Shown here: positions 39,128 to 52,513 of the stretch, piece after piece
Numbering within the stretch: position 1 is the stretch's first letter
Layout of the letters: each line of letters opens with the position of its first letter
Assembly: GCA_965153355.1 (NCBI GenBank)
Contig: OZ231126.1
Location: forward strand, 21,948,001-22,012,000
Length of the DNA: 64,000 nucleotides
DNA from: Flaccisagitta enflata
Lineage: Eukaryota
Direction of reading: 5' to 3'
The notes under the pieces: model-generated
What the model saw: only the letters and a program-made list of their open reading frames with translations
The model's database searches: none
What the model was told of the DNA's origin: nothing
Made by a program: the position numbers and the translations under genes

Positions 39128-42027
39128 AGGAGGAGGAGAAGAAGAAGAAGAAGAAGAAGAAGAAGAAGAAGAAGAAGAAGAAGAAGCAGAAAAAGAATAA
39201 GAATCATATTACAGAAAATTTGATTCTCCGTCTGTCAACGTGAACAGGTGGTATAGAATCAAGAACCAGTGATTGAGAAGCACTGGGAAAACGGCCAGAT
39301 TCACATCAAATTTTACCACAAAATGCACCTATAGGTGTACTATGTTGTTTAAGGTTTTGGAGCCATTCCAACAAATTCATTTTTTTTTGTCCAAAATTTT
39401 TTTTTCTGTTTTTGGCTGATATTGACCACAAAAATCACAATAAAAAGAAATCTTGATATGTACGTTAGTTGATGTGTTAAATTTCACTTATGCTGTGATT
39501 TCACCACTTGTGGTATGGCACTAAAACTCAAAAAATACAGTTATATTTCTAACATTTCAATAAATCCTTGATTTGGTGTGGTAGTATTTAGATCTCACCA
39601 CAAGGTGCAAATTTCAGTTTCTAAATGAATTCTGATAGCTGTGCCATGAAAATTTTGAATTTTCACAAAATGCAATTTTAGATATTTGGTCAAAATTTTT
39701 TGAAATAAAAAAATTTGTCAATTGTCTTTTTTTTGATATAAATAATAAATTATTTTCTTAAAAATTTTGAACTAGCCCTCCAAAAAATTTTTTTTCAAAA
39801 TTTGTGAAAATGACTCATTTTTTGAAGCTGAATGTACTCACCTCCTGTTGTCCGATCATCTTCATTTATGGTGTAGTTGTTACCTGCTGTCTACCCTATC
39901 CTCACTTGGAATTTGAGCTCACTGTTAGTAACGGTTGTGGAGATATTGACGTTCAAAGTTACTTTGTCAGAGCAAAATCAGCAAAATTGGCATTTTGGCC
40001 ATTTTTGAGCTTTTATAAAGTTGTATTTTTTCCTTCATACACCTCCATTTTGGCTGAAGTTACTCATTTTTATGCATATATTCTGCTGTTGTACCACACT
40101 TGCCTGTCAAGCCGCTTTTTTTTGTTAAAGAAAGTGTAGGGTCAAAGTTTCAAAAATGCAAATTTTTCAACAAAAAATACTGAAAATTTTTCAAAAAAAT
40201 TGAAAAAAAAGTTTTCATCAGGGTTTTTGAGTTAGGAAAATAAGATAATTTCTAATTTTTTGGACCCCCCCCTTTGGAGAACTTTTTTTGAAAAGTTTTC
40301 GCTGATTTTTCCGCCTAAGATTTGATTGAAAAATTTGCATTTTTTGAAACTTTGGACCACCATAACTGTAAAACGGCTTGACTGACAAGTGTGAAATTTT
40401 GCAATATGAATATATGCATAAAAATGAGTAACTTCAGCCAAAATGGAGGTGTGTGAAGGAAAAAATACAATTCTATAAAAGCTCAAAAATGGCCAAAATG
40501 CCAATTTTGCTGATTTTGCACTGACAAAGTAACTTTGAACGTCAATATCTCCGCAACCGTTTGTCGCAGTGAGCTCAAATTTTAGGTGAAGTTAGGGTAG
40601 ACAATAGGTAAATAACTCCAATTAAAATGAAGATGATCGGATAACAGGAAATGCTTCTTATACAACTTCAAAAATGGGCCAGTTTCACAAATTTTGAGAA
40701 AAAAAAATTTTTTCTAAGAGGGCTAGTTCAAAATTTTTTTTAGAAACTCTTAATTTGTTATTTATCTTATCAAAAAATAACAATTGACAAATTTTTTTAT
40801 TTGAAAAAAAAAATTTTGACCAAAAAAGTCCTAAATTGCATTTTGTGAAAAATTTAAAATTTCATAACTGTATCAAAAATTCATTTTAAGAGCTGAAATT
40901 TTGCACACTTATTAGTGAATCCTAAAACTACTACCACACCAAAAATCAAGGGATTTTAATGAAAATCTTAGGAAATATCCCACTTTTTGTGTTTTTTGAG
41001 TTTTGGGTGCCATAGCCACAAAAATTGGCGGAAAATCCCCAACAAAAAATGAAATTTGTGTTAAACTATCTAACTAATATACATATGAAAGAATCATTTT
41101 TTTTGTGTAATTTCTATGGTCAAAATCAGCCAAAAACTGAAAAAAAATTTTTTGGACAAAAAAAAATGAATTTGTTGGAATGGCTCCAAAACCTTAAACA
41201 ACATAGTACACCTATAGGTGCATTTTGTGGTAAAAAATTTGATCATGAATCCTAGCCGTTTTACAGTTATGGCTTCCCTCCAGTTACCCAGTTCTTTGAT
41301 TCTCGTACTGTATGATAAGGAGTTTTTGAGGACAGGCTTTTGGAAAAAGAAGCCTTTTGAATAAATGAAATCGTTAGGAAGAAGTGACAGCCTTATTGAT
41401 AATCACAAATTATTTGTTTCAAAAATGGTTTTCAAAAGTGGGGCGCAATTGATAGGAAATTGTTTGATTCATCTAGATCCAAAATCCTGTAACTTTATTT
41501 TTTTCAAAAAATTTTTAAAATTTGATCGGGCGCGAGTTCAAAGAGAGAAGGGAAAAAAAGAATATCGGTTTTCTCTTTTACTGCAATTGCCCTGAAATTT
41601 AAATTACTAGCTGATATCATGCTTCTCGACCTACGAGCCAAAATTCTTGATTATGAACCGTCGTTAAGATGAACACACCTCTTTGCCTACATTAGGTAGA
41701 AGAAGAAAAGGAAGAAGAAGAAAAACAAAAACAAAAAGAAGTAGAAGATGAAGAAGAGGAAGAAGAAGAAGAAGGAGAAGGAGAAGAAGAAGAAGAAGAA
41801 GAAGAAGAAGAAGAAGAAGAAGAAGAAGAAGAAGAAGAAGAAGAAGAAGAAGAAGAAGAAGAGAAGAAGAGGAAGAAGCAGAAGAAGAAAAAGAATCATA
41901 TTATGAAAATTTGATTCTCCGTCTGTCAAACGCGGAATATGATAAGGAGTTTTTGAGGACGGGCTTTTGGAAAAAGAAGCCTTTTGAATAAATGAAATCG
42001 TTAGGAAGAAGTGACAGCCTTATTGAA
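38930..42027. repeat. Local direct duplication (~440-bp unit); first copy interrupted by the foldback element
   Basis: TGCCCTGAAATTTAAATTACTAGCTGA...GCCTACATTAGGTAGAAGAAG at 38931 and 41589. TATGATAAGGAGTTTTTGAGGAC...GACAGCCTTATTGA at 41311 and 41938. Confidence 0.9.
39245..41310. mobile_element. ~2.07-kb foldback element (arms ~0.95-1.05 kb), inserted at a TA
   Basis: TTTTACCACAAAATGCACCTATAGGTGTACTATGTTGTTTAAGGTTTTGGAGCCATTCCAACAAATTC (~39311) matches the reverse complement at ~41167-41235, and pairing continues to a centre near 40230. The empty site is visible at ~41930-41945. Confidence 0.92.
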
Positions 42028-42189
42028 AGAAAGGATTTATTTCATGTCATCAATCCTATCAGGACAACAATAAGGTATTACAATTGGTTCAAACGATACC
42101 CAAGGTCCACGTGATAGTCTATTAAGTCCCTTTACTATCCATCTTTTTATCTGTCTGTCTTTCTATCCATCTTTCTATCTATCTTTCTT

Positions 42190-42275
<86 letters not shown>

Positions 42276-42750
42276 TATCCACCTATCCATCTACTTAAAT
42301 CTATCTATTCATCCAAACATATAGAATTCCGTCATCAGCCCCTGTAGTCTGTACCTCCCTCAGCCCTTGTACCTCCCTCGAGGTTGAAATCAAACAAACC
42401 ATCGATTAGACATTGAATTGAATAGGGGAATACGATCACGTTCTTTATGAAAGAAAACGAGAATACATCCATGCCCGGCGGGCAACATTCAGCGACCGTC
42501 CTTTCAATCTCTCAAAACATTGATGATTGATTCTGTTAAAATGTCTATTAGGCACTTATCGCCATCAGTCTAACAAGACCATGGACCGGACATGACGAAA
42601 CTAACAAAGCTTACAAGCCTTGTTGTGAAAAAAAAAACACAAAAAATACATAAAAAATCCATGTTAATTATTTTCAATAAAAGATGTTTTATTTTCCATT
42701 ATTTATAAAATGTTCTTAAATTTTTACACTCTTTACCCAAATGTTCCAAA

Positions 42751-44042
42751 CAGGGTGGCAGAAAATTCTATAGGTCCGAGGCACGCTTTTTTTCCAATGC
42801 TATAAGTCCGACTTTTTAAGTTTCTCTCAAATGGTCAAATACCACTATTTTTTTTTATTCTTACCTGTGGAGAAGCAATACAATGACAACAAGGGGTTTA
42901 ATAGCGTTTAGCAGTTGACGTTTAGTAGATAAAACTGTACTAAAACATGAAAATTCAATGACAAAAAAAAAAGAGCCCTGTCATTTCCATAAAATTGAAT
43001 TTTAAAAGCAAAAATCAGATGATTTAGCCTCAGAAACAAGAGACGAGACAACATTTTTTTCATTCTTTTTTGGGCAGCGGCCCCGGAGGGGCCGATGACC
43101 TATGATTCCACATAGGGCAAATTTTCCGGTTTCCGTCCGTCCGTCCGTCCGTCTGTCCCCCCCCGAGCCTAGAAAATAACCTCCTGGGCCTCAAAATAGG
43201 CCTTTCAGACCCCCAATCAGGCCTATCAGATCCCAAATCAGAGCTTCCAGACCCTAATCTAGGCCTCTCAGAACCTCAATCAGGCCTATCAGGCCTTCCA
43301 GACCTCAATTTAGGCCTCTGAGAGCCTCAATCAGGCCTGTCAGACCCCAAGTCAGGCTTACCAGACCTCAAATTAGGCCTCCTGAATCCTAACCAGGCCT
43401 CTAAGAACCCCAATCAGGCCTTTCAGATCTAAAATCAGGCCTTGACAGACCCCTTATCAGACCTTTTGAGCCTCTCATCAGGCCATCCAGACCTCAAATC
43501 AGGCCTCTCAGACCCTAATTCAGGCATTTCAGTACTTCAGTTCTCTCAGTTCAGCATTTCAGTACTTCAGTTCTCTCAGTTCAGCACTTCAGTTCTCTTA
43601 GATCCAAATCTGGCCTTTCAAACCCAAAATCAGATCTTTGAGACCTCAAACTAGGCTTAGCTTCTGAAACCTCTCAGACCTCAAATCAAGCATCTTAGAC
43701 CATAAATCAGGCAACTAAGACCTCAAATCAGGCTATTTAGACCCAAAATTAGCTATTAAAGACCCAGCAATTGTCCAGCATGGAATCATAGGTCATCAGC
43801 CCCTCCGGGGCCGCTGCCCCACTCACCATCTAATAACAAAATAAACTAACATAGGGGCATCGGGTACCGCTGACCATGTAACGCTCTTGCGACTATTTTT
43901 CTTCCTTTCTTTACTCCTTTCTCTTTTTTCTTTTTCATTCTTTTTTTCTCCCTTTTTTCCTCCCTCAAATCTATAAGTCCGACTCTTGATCTATAGGTCC
44001 GAGGAACGACGTTCCCGGCGTTCCCCTATTTCTGCCACCCTG
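42751..44042. mobile_element. hAT-type non-autonomous element with 8-bp TSD
   Basis: GTTCCAAA|CAGGGTGGCAGAAA...TTTCTGCCACCCTG|GTTCCAAA, with subterminal CTATA(G/A)GTCCGA repeats at both ends. Confidence 0.92.
43066..43895 (+). mobile_element. HINE-like element, family B, nested in the hAT element
   Basis: TTTTTTGGGCAGCGGCCCCGGAGGGGCCGATGACCTATGATTCC...(GTCC)n...~21-bp repeats CAGACCTCAAATCAGGCCTCT...GGGGCCGCTGCCC...GGGTACCGCTGACCAT. Confidence 0.85.
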
Positions 44043-44146
44043 GTTCCAAAAATTTAAGAAGGATTGAAGCCTTATGATATTCAAAGTATATTCTTAAATT
44101 TTTAAGGATTTCAAGCTTAACATTCTTATAAACTTGGTTCTTATAA

Positions 44147-44415
44147 AACAGGGCCGGATACACGGCCACCCCAGTCGCGTGCGGGTGGGCAGGGGCCGTA
44201 TTTGGGCAGGAGCAGTGAGGCGAAAGGCCGCAAAAAAACAAAGTAAAGTGTGATGGATGGACGGATGGACCGACAAAGCGGAGTGTATTTCTTACCAACC
44301 TATCGACCGACCGACAAGGTGTAGAGTCGCGTGTCCGCGACTAAAAACTCAATCGTTGGAAAAATTACCGACCTATCGACCTACCGACCGACCGACAAGG
44401 TGTAGAGTCGCGTGT
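44147..44415 (-). mobile_element. HINE/DINE-like element, family A, with duplicated end
   Basis: ACAGGGCCGGATACACGGCCACCCCAGTCGCGTGCGGGTGGGCAGGGGC...; CCGACCGACAAGGTGTAGAGTCGCGTG occurs twice (~44307 and ~44388). Confidence 0.8.
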
Positions 44416-44509
44416 GAGATTGAGTCGCGTGTGAGATTGAGCGAGTGAGCAAGCAATCAAGCAAGTGAGCAAGCGAATGAGTTAGCGAGCGATCGAGCAA
44501 GTGAGTGAG

Positions 44510-44558
<49 letters not shown>

Positions 44559-45281
44559 AAACAGGCTCACAGGCTCACAGGCTAACGTCGCATCGTCTTT
44601 CAGTCATTTTTCCTCGAACCAAGCTCATTCACTTGTTGTCAGTGTCACTTGTGTCAATAGTATTGATCAGTGTCATTGTCTTAGTCATCGTTATTCGTTT
44701 CGTGTTTGTCATTGCCTGTCTTCCTACTTTTGTCGCGTTTTTAAGGAAAAAAAGTGAACAAAAAACAAAAAAAGTAACGGCTGAAATTCAGTATTGGAAG
44801 ATGGTTGGCGGTTCTTAAGCATTTTCGCGTAATCGAACAAATTCTGGTGGGCGTGCGTTTGTTTACCACGAGGCATCACTAACGCCATTATCATACTCAC
44901 TAAAACGGAGGATTGCCGCGACATCCCCACCCTGCGCCTATAGTGCTAAGTATAGCTACCATCGCGTCGATTTCAATTTCCCTCATCGGTTTAACGATTG
45001 CTAACGTTTTGAAAAAACTGTAAGAGTAGTCTGGTAGTGTCGTACTACATGAAAAATTAACAATCGATTTCTAGTCGGTAATGATGCAGTGTGCAACTGT
45101 TGCTGCTGCTGCATCGGCTGCTTGACGGACGTTTCCACTGACTGCACATGACGTTGCTGTACGTTAAGTTGAGCTGATCCCGGTTGGGGAAGTTTCTGAA
45201 GATAGATCGACGGTCTTTTAGGATGCTGCAGGCTGCTGCTGGTCCAGCTCAGACAGTTGTCCCTAACTTCATCCCGCTGCT

Positions 45282-46944
45282 CTAAAAGCTCCTGTCGCCG
45301 TCGTTCAGGCTATTCCAGTGCTTTCGTTGCATTTCTGCCGCATTGTTGAATACTCCTGCTCTTCTATCTTCATCTCGTTGCTGCTGCTGGCGAAAGTTGC
45401 ACATTCTGTCGTATAACTCTTTGTCTTCTTGTGATGAGCTTCGCTGTTGGAATCCCAATGGCACAGCGATCGGCGCCTTTAGAGCTGTTGCTGCACCACC
45501 ATCTTCACCTTCAGCCATCATGCGCAGGCGTTGATCTGCAAGGCGTTGCTGTCTCTCTTCTTCTGTCTCCTCTCTGACATTCATGCTTTCGACAGGATGG
45601 TTATTTGAAGCTGGAGGATCCACTACCACCGCTGGGATGGCAATGGAAGAGTTGCTATTGCTACCAGTTGCTGTTGCGTATGTTCTCCTGCATCGTTTTG
45701 CCGCTATTGTTGTTGTTCGCCCTGGCTGCATTGCCGTTTTGATGTTATGTAACTCTTGTTGGTGTTGCTGTTGCTGCTGTTGCTGCTGATCGTGTTGTTG
45801 CTGTTGTTGAGCCACAGGTTGTGGCGCCGGCTGCAGGATCTGATGTTGTTGATCTTGCTGACAAAATTGTTGGAGTTGCTGCAACTGCTGCTGCTGCAGC
45901 AGCTCTTGCTGCTGCCGTTGAGCCGTTGTTTGCTGCTGCTCCCACTGTGGTCGGTGGGTTGGCAGCGTTGCTGTTGGGTTGCTGCTGCTGCATCTGCAAG
46001 TGATGCTGCTACTGTTGCTCCTGTTGCTGTCGCTGCTCCTCCTCCCGTTGTTGCTGCTGCATATCGTCAATCAGGCGACGGCCTTGTCGCATTTCCTCCT
46101 CCAACTGCCTACCCCATCTGTCTCTCTCAGCACTCACTGTTGGCGAAGCTGTCGCCTCGCCCTCTCCTGCAGCGTCAATCCGTTGATGATCCCGCGGTCT
46201 TTCTCTTACCGCAGAGCGTCGAAGTGTCGGGTCCGCAATCATGTCGTCAGCTTGCTCCGCCAGGTATGCGGCGCGGAGTTCAATTTCCGAGGCCAAATCT
46301 GATACCCATTGATTGCGACATCTCCTCTTTGGATCGGCAGCGAATTCAAATTGGCCGCCAGTTGGAGATTGCGCACCGTGTGGCGGACGATGGTAGTACT
46401 CCGGATCCGTCGGGAGTTTGGCGGCGTTCGCATCATGAGTCGGGCGCCGGTAATATTGTCACCGGCGGTGAGTGTCGGTTGGGAGACTGTTCCATGAGAA
46501 TTCATTGACGGGTCTTTGCGATTCCCGATGGTTGTGCACTGCGTTCTGATATCGGCGTTGGAAGAAGAACCCTCCGGATAGTTCTCACGATCAAAAGAAA
46601 GCATGGAGTCCCATTCGCTTGGTTCGCGCAAAGTAGTGCCGCGGAATCGAAGAGATGGGCATCGGTCGCGCCATTTGCCTTGCATACGATATAAAGTCGT
46701 AAACCATATCCCGAAGGCCGTGTCGAGCGCCATCTGATTCACAGGCGGCGTCGTCGAAGTCATTCGTTCCTTCGGTGCAAGTAAACGGCGTCGAAAAGGC
46801 GCCGGCATCCTTCCATTTCCGCAGTGATGTCGTTCTTCATTGCCGCAAACATTCGACCTCGGACACTGATTCAAACCGAAGTGAGATACACGAGATGACG
46901 TTGAAGCGGTCGAGACGGTGTCGATGGGTTAACGCGGCTGCCAT
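45282..46944 (-). pseudogene. Decayed long Gln-rich ORF of unknown function (possibly ORF1/gag-like gene of a mobile element)
   Basis: ATG at 46944 (MAAALTHRHRLDRFNVIS...) is in frame with track ORFs 46009-46296 and 45745-45999. The frame carries 4 TGA (46839, 46593, 46587, 46461) and 1 TAG (46011, inside a CAG run). The poly-Q region continues in the 45282-46070 frame after a probable frameshift. GC/CpG-rich, no introns evident. Confidence 0.5.
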
Positions 46945-47913
46945 TGTCAATTTTGTTTTCAGGGTCGAAGATGGAAAGAGTGGAGTCGTTTTTTAAATTG
47001 TTGAAATATGATTACGCCCAGTTTCAACTGGCACTGTCTATGAGCGTCTATCTGACTGACGACTTGTGGTGAAAGAAAGTTGGCCGATTGGAAAATAGGA
47101 AGGCGATCGTCTCGTTTATTCCATAAAAATTTCAACAACTGAAGAGAGGGGGAAAAATGAAAGGGAAAGTGGGCGTTAATGGTGATCAGCAAACACAAAA
47201 GATAACATGAAATCGAGACAGGACACAATAAAGGACAGAAACAGCACATGACAACATGTTCATCTTCTTCAGAGCCCATGCCACCTGATAATACCTGCCC
47301 CTGCCCCGGCCCATCCCATTAAATTCATCCATATCATCCCCATAGTAAGCTGATCGGGCAAGCGATAAAAACCATACTAAAATCCGGCGATAAAAATGCA
47401 AAAATGCAAAAAACAAGAATAACAGACCGGAAGACAAAATAAAAACAACGTTAATAAAAGCAAAGACGCGTCTATAAAACTTACTTTTAGGCCCACTTTC
47501 GTTGGTTTCAACCCACAGTCTGTCGATGTCAAACTAACGTTAATTGTCCGTTCATAAGTTTATCTGCAACAAGAAGATGAGAGATTATTGAAATTAGCGA
47601 ATTCCAAGGGCGCATTCAATCAATCACGAAAATCAATCAATCACTTTAGGAAGCAATGCCGTAAATAAATAAAACGATCAATCCAAAAATGGATGACACG
47701 AAGACGAGTTACGTATGTTTGTCTACGTAATAAAAACAAATGGCACAAAATACAAGGCGCAACCATATGGTTACCCATCTAGCGTTCATTATAAAAAATG
47801 GCAAGAAACAAAAGACGCTGGCATTGAATAAAAGGAAAAGAAGAAAAGCCAAAAGCACGCAAAAGAAACAAAAGCAACATACTTAATAAACGGACGGACA
47901 TACATTTCTAACA

Positions 47914-48775
47914 GCAGCCTTGGATTGACGAATCTCTAAAAAATTGGTGACCAAATTGAAGAGTTTTTGATGCTCTAACTGATTTTGGAAAAATTTTTGA
48001 TCAATATGGACGCAGAAAAAATCTATTTACTCTCAAAGCAGGTGAAAAAAGTCAAATTTTAATATCATTAAGGCTATTTCTCTTTGAAAAACTAGGCCAC
48101 TTCCAAACTGAAAATTGACATAAAATTCATGAGCAAATCAAACTATTGCTCAAGAGCTATTCAGTGGTGCAATCGGCATGTTTAGATGTTGCTGCATATA
48201 GATTTTACAGAACTTCAAAGATACAAGGGTATGGTCAAATGATGATTTTTCACACCCCAGTATCTTTGAAGTAAAAATTGAATGCAGCAACATCTGAACA
48301 TGCCGATTGCACCACTGCTAGCTCTTGAGCAGCAGTTTGATTTGCTCATGAATTTTAAGTCAATTTTCAGTTTGGAAGTGGCCTAATTTTTCAAAAAGAA
48401 ATAGCCTAAATGACGTAAAAATTTGACTTTTTTCACCTGCTTTGAAAGTTAATAAAATCTTTCTGAGGCCATATAGATCAAAAATTTTTCCGGAATCAGT
48501 TGGAGCATCAAAAACTCTTCGATTTGGTCACCAATTTTTTTAAGATTTGTTAATCCAAGGCTGCGATATAGTGAAAAACATGAAAATTGTCAAATTTTCC
48601 CCTAAATTTCATGATGCAAAAAAACGCTCATAAGCCCCATCTTTAAAACCCTCTAAAATCTAAACGAAAAAAGATAAAAACATGCGGATTGCACCACTGG
48701 TTAGCTCTTGAGCTCTAGTTTATTAATCTCATGGATTTTAGGTTCGATTTAGAAGGCAAAGTGGCCTAAATTTGA
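47914..48775. mobile_element. Palindromic DNA-transposon remnant (arms ~310 bp) plus a third partial arm
   Basis: GCAGCCTTGGATT...AAAAATTGGTGACCAAAT...CAGTGGTGCAATCGGCATG pairs with CATGCCGATTGCACCACTG...ATTTGGTCACCAATTTTT...AATCCAAGGCTGC (ends ~48565). A further diverged copy lies at 48680-48775. No TSD identified. Confidence 0.8.
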
Positions 48776-49807
48776 GGTCAAAGTGACCAAAATTGGACAT
48801 TTTCCCAACAACCACTTATTACCCATGATAGTAAAACCAAAACCGCTACTCCAGGGAAGGTAGAAAATCCTCAACAAGACCTGAAATTGCTTTTTAGTAC
48901 CACGAAGTACCAATTTGATCGCGAACCGAGCCACTACCATGAATATGGGGGCATAACAGAACGTCTGATGATGATGATTATGTTAAATGGAGGGAGAGAA
49001 GCTGGCAAGCGTTTTTCAGTTCTATCTTTATGATTCAGTTATGATGTAGTTACGACATAGTTATGATAGTGTATTCTTAAATACGTGCGTCAGCCCTGAA
49101 CGATCTATAAATAATCAATGAACGGCATTCATCAGCAACAAATGATGACAGTAACGATTATAATAATAGTGACGCAATGACAAAGTAAAGACAACGAACT
49201 GATAATAATATCAACGCGATAAAAGGTTATGACAGCGGTGCGAGAGCATCTAACAACAACTTACCAATTATGTAAACGTAGAATTGGGGGATAGACCGCT
49301 GTGCATTGGCTATTTATTTGGCCTTAGACCGTCCAAGTGTAATAAGCTTTTTTTTTTTTTTGCCGTTTTATCATAGAAATTGAATGCACCCACCACTCTA
49401 CCATTTTACAAGGTAATACTGTAAAGACTGACAACAAATCCATATGGTATTCCCGTTACACCTAAAAGCACATACACATCGAAAAGTGCATAGATGTAAA
49501 CACCCTATCTGGAACAGCCAAGGAAACCTCCACACCACAACCGCTGGCGCCTCTTCTTTCTTTCGCTCATTCGGTTCATCCCTTTCCCCATTCCTATCCC
49601 CAATCCTCCCTCGTGGCCTTCCTCTACCCGTTGGATCCATTTTCTCTTTCACAATATTCTCCACGTCTGGCGTAAAGGGGCATCAACAAAAGAAGAGAGG
49701 GACCCGGGAAGAGAGAAAAAGTTTATTGTTGGAAATTTTCCATGGATTCCGTTCCGTCAGTTTTTGTAATGGCGCCATATGTTATATGGAGACTGAGGTT
49801 CCGCTAT

Positions 49808-49923
<116 letters not shown>

Positions 49924-51220
49924 CCACATTCAAAATGTCTCCAATTTTCTGATGAATGTGACAACCAAGGAACCATTTCGATTCCATCCCCTTTTGTCAG
50001 AGGGAACGAGGGACGCTCTTTACTTTTTTTTAACAATTGGACGATTTCTCTCCTATTTTTTTTATCTTTTTTTTTCTTCTCTTTTTCACTTCCCGTATTC
50101 ATGCCAAGCTTGTCTCAGTGTACATCATTGCCAACATTTTAAGTAGTTGATCCTAAACTTTCGCCTTTACTGTCTACCATTTGTTCCGCTGTCAAACTAT
50201 CCTTTTTCCATTCACTTTTCAGTCACACATATACGTGTTTTATCGATGGAGCTACCATTTTTCCATAGAGTTCTTTTGCTGTAAATGACATCAAAATATA
50301 TCTTAGAGCCTCTTACTACTGCATTTACTTATTCTTTTTTTATCAGCCAATAAATCAAAAGATAAGGTCCCTCCCACCAAAAGAAAAAAGAATAATCAGC
50401 TGACGAGATGTATTCTGGCATACCAGGCTAAAAGTGAAAATAAACAAGACACGAGGTAGTGGACAGTACGAGGAACAATCTAGTAGTAACACAAGAGAAA
50501 AAGCACTCAAAAAAAAAAGTACCGGTATAACAGTGATATAAAAAGCAGATGAGATGTAAAAAGATCTTGGATCGCCCATAGCTCTTACTGCCCAAAGCTT
50601 TTAACAAATGCTTCGCACCATCTCTACTACACACCTCCACGTTAAAACTCAGCCTTCAACCGTGCATGGCCCTGCCAGCTCGTACAAACGCTCCTCGCCT
50701 GGTATTTACATTGTCATAAAGATAAAACTTGATTTGTGGATAGCTTCGGTCGTTTGTTCTACCTCGTAAAATTCACTGTTTATTTTCCTTTCTCTGCTTT
50801 TGCTTCTAACCCGGTCTCTGCTTTTCTCTATCCGCGTTGACTTTCACTTTTGGGTTTTAGGGTGTTTCTTTTTTCTGTCTGCGTGTTTGTTTCTTCTTTT
50901 TTTTCGTGTGTGTGCTTTGCCTTTACGCAACGCTTGTGCAAGCGTGCGTATGCCACTCTGTGGTTTCTAATGCTCGCTTGTCAGTCAGTGTGTCTTTCTG
51001 TCTATCATTTTGTGTGCTGAGCTGCGCTGTGGCCGTATAGAACTTTTTTGCTGTTGTCAGCCAGTGTGCCCGTCTGTTTCTGCTTTTTTTCCAGTCTCTC
51101 TCTGTATCTGTCTCTGTTTTAATGTCTCTCTGCGTCTGTCTGTTTCTTTATCTGTATTCATTTTGCTATCTGTGTGTGTATGTGTATATTTGAGTGTGTG
51201 AGTGTGTGTGTGCGCGCGCG

Positions 51221-51436
<216 letters not shown>

Positions 51437-51663
51437 TCTCTCCTTCTCTCCATTGCCATCGGATTTGGTGGGTTGGTTGTTTTAAGACTCTCGGCCATGA
51501 TGTTACAACCGAGAATAAAAGTTTAGGGGGCAGCAGCGGCAGAGTTCTGCCAACGTCAAACAGTTGAACCATGAAATCTGCCGGCTGGCAAGCCGAGACA
51601 AAGCGAGACGACCCCAACGAAGGTCAAAGATCAAGACTGGTTAAAAGGAGATGGGTTACAAAC

Positions 51664-51703
<40 letters not shown>

Positions 51704-52513
51704 TATAAGCTCACACATAGTTTCTTATTTTACTTATTAGCCAGCTTGAAACACAGTTGGAAGTTCTCATTTGGCAGTATATTTGTTCGTTGATTTCTAT
51801 TACTAGGTGGAAAAATAGCCTTGTGTGAATGTGATTCGTTGGACACAGTCTCGCTTAAAGACTATTTGAAGCTTCCTCATCACATCTTCTCTTTTTTTCC
51901 ATGCATCTGTTTTTCTATGACAAGTGGAACGATATTCCTCACTGAAAAATGTGTAAGAGGGCCCTGTGAGCCCTCACAGACTATTAAGTATCAACTACGC
52001 ACATCACCTCTAGCTTTCCATTTAGCGAAACTAACTTAGCAAACATCCATTCTGAGTCTAACCCAAAACGATAATGCCGAGCAAAAATAGATAAAGGTAA
52101 ATCACGCTGTTTAACCAAAATTCACCAAGTCACCAGAGGGCAACATTGTTAGGAAACCACACCCTTATCATCGTCTTGTATTCATTGGTCTGTCTGTATT
52201 TGTCTCTTAGCCGCACTACATCTCTCTGTCTGTCCATCTACTTTTCTGTTTGTCTGTTTATCTGTCTTTCTTTATTTTCATTCCTTTGCCTCTTCATAGT
52301 CTCTCCCTCTCCTTCTCAGCTCCTTTCTCATGACTTATCTTGTTGTTTCTCGCGGCGTGGGTTTCTCTAATCTCTTCCGTTCCTTCCCCCTGTCTCATTT
52401 ATTCCTTCTTAATCTGCCTCTTTTGTTCTCGGCAAATGGGATTTTTTCCCGATTTTTCATTTTACTGACTTCTCCGACAAAGAACCCGCTTTTATCAATC
52501 TTCATTTTTCTCT

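Noticed and set aside
45756-46508. Plus-strand 250-aa Leu-rich ORF
   Set aside because: Antisense shadow of the CAG/CAA-rich minus-strand frame.
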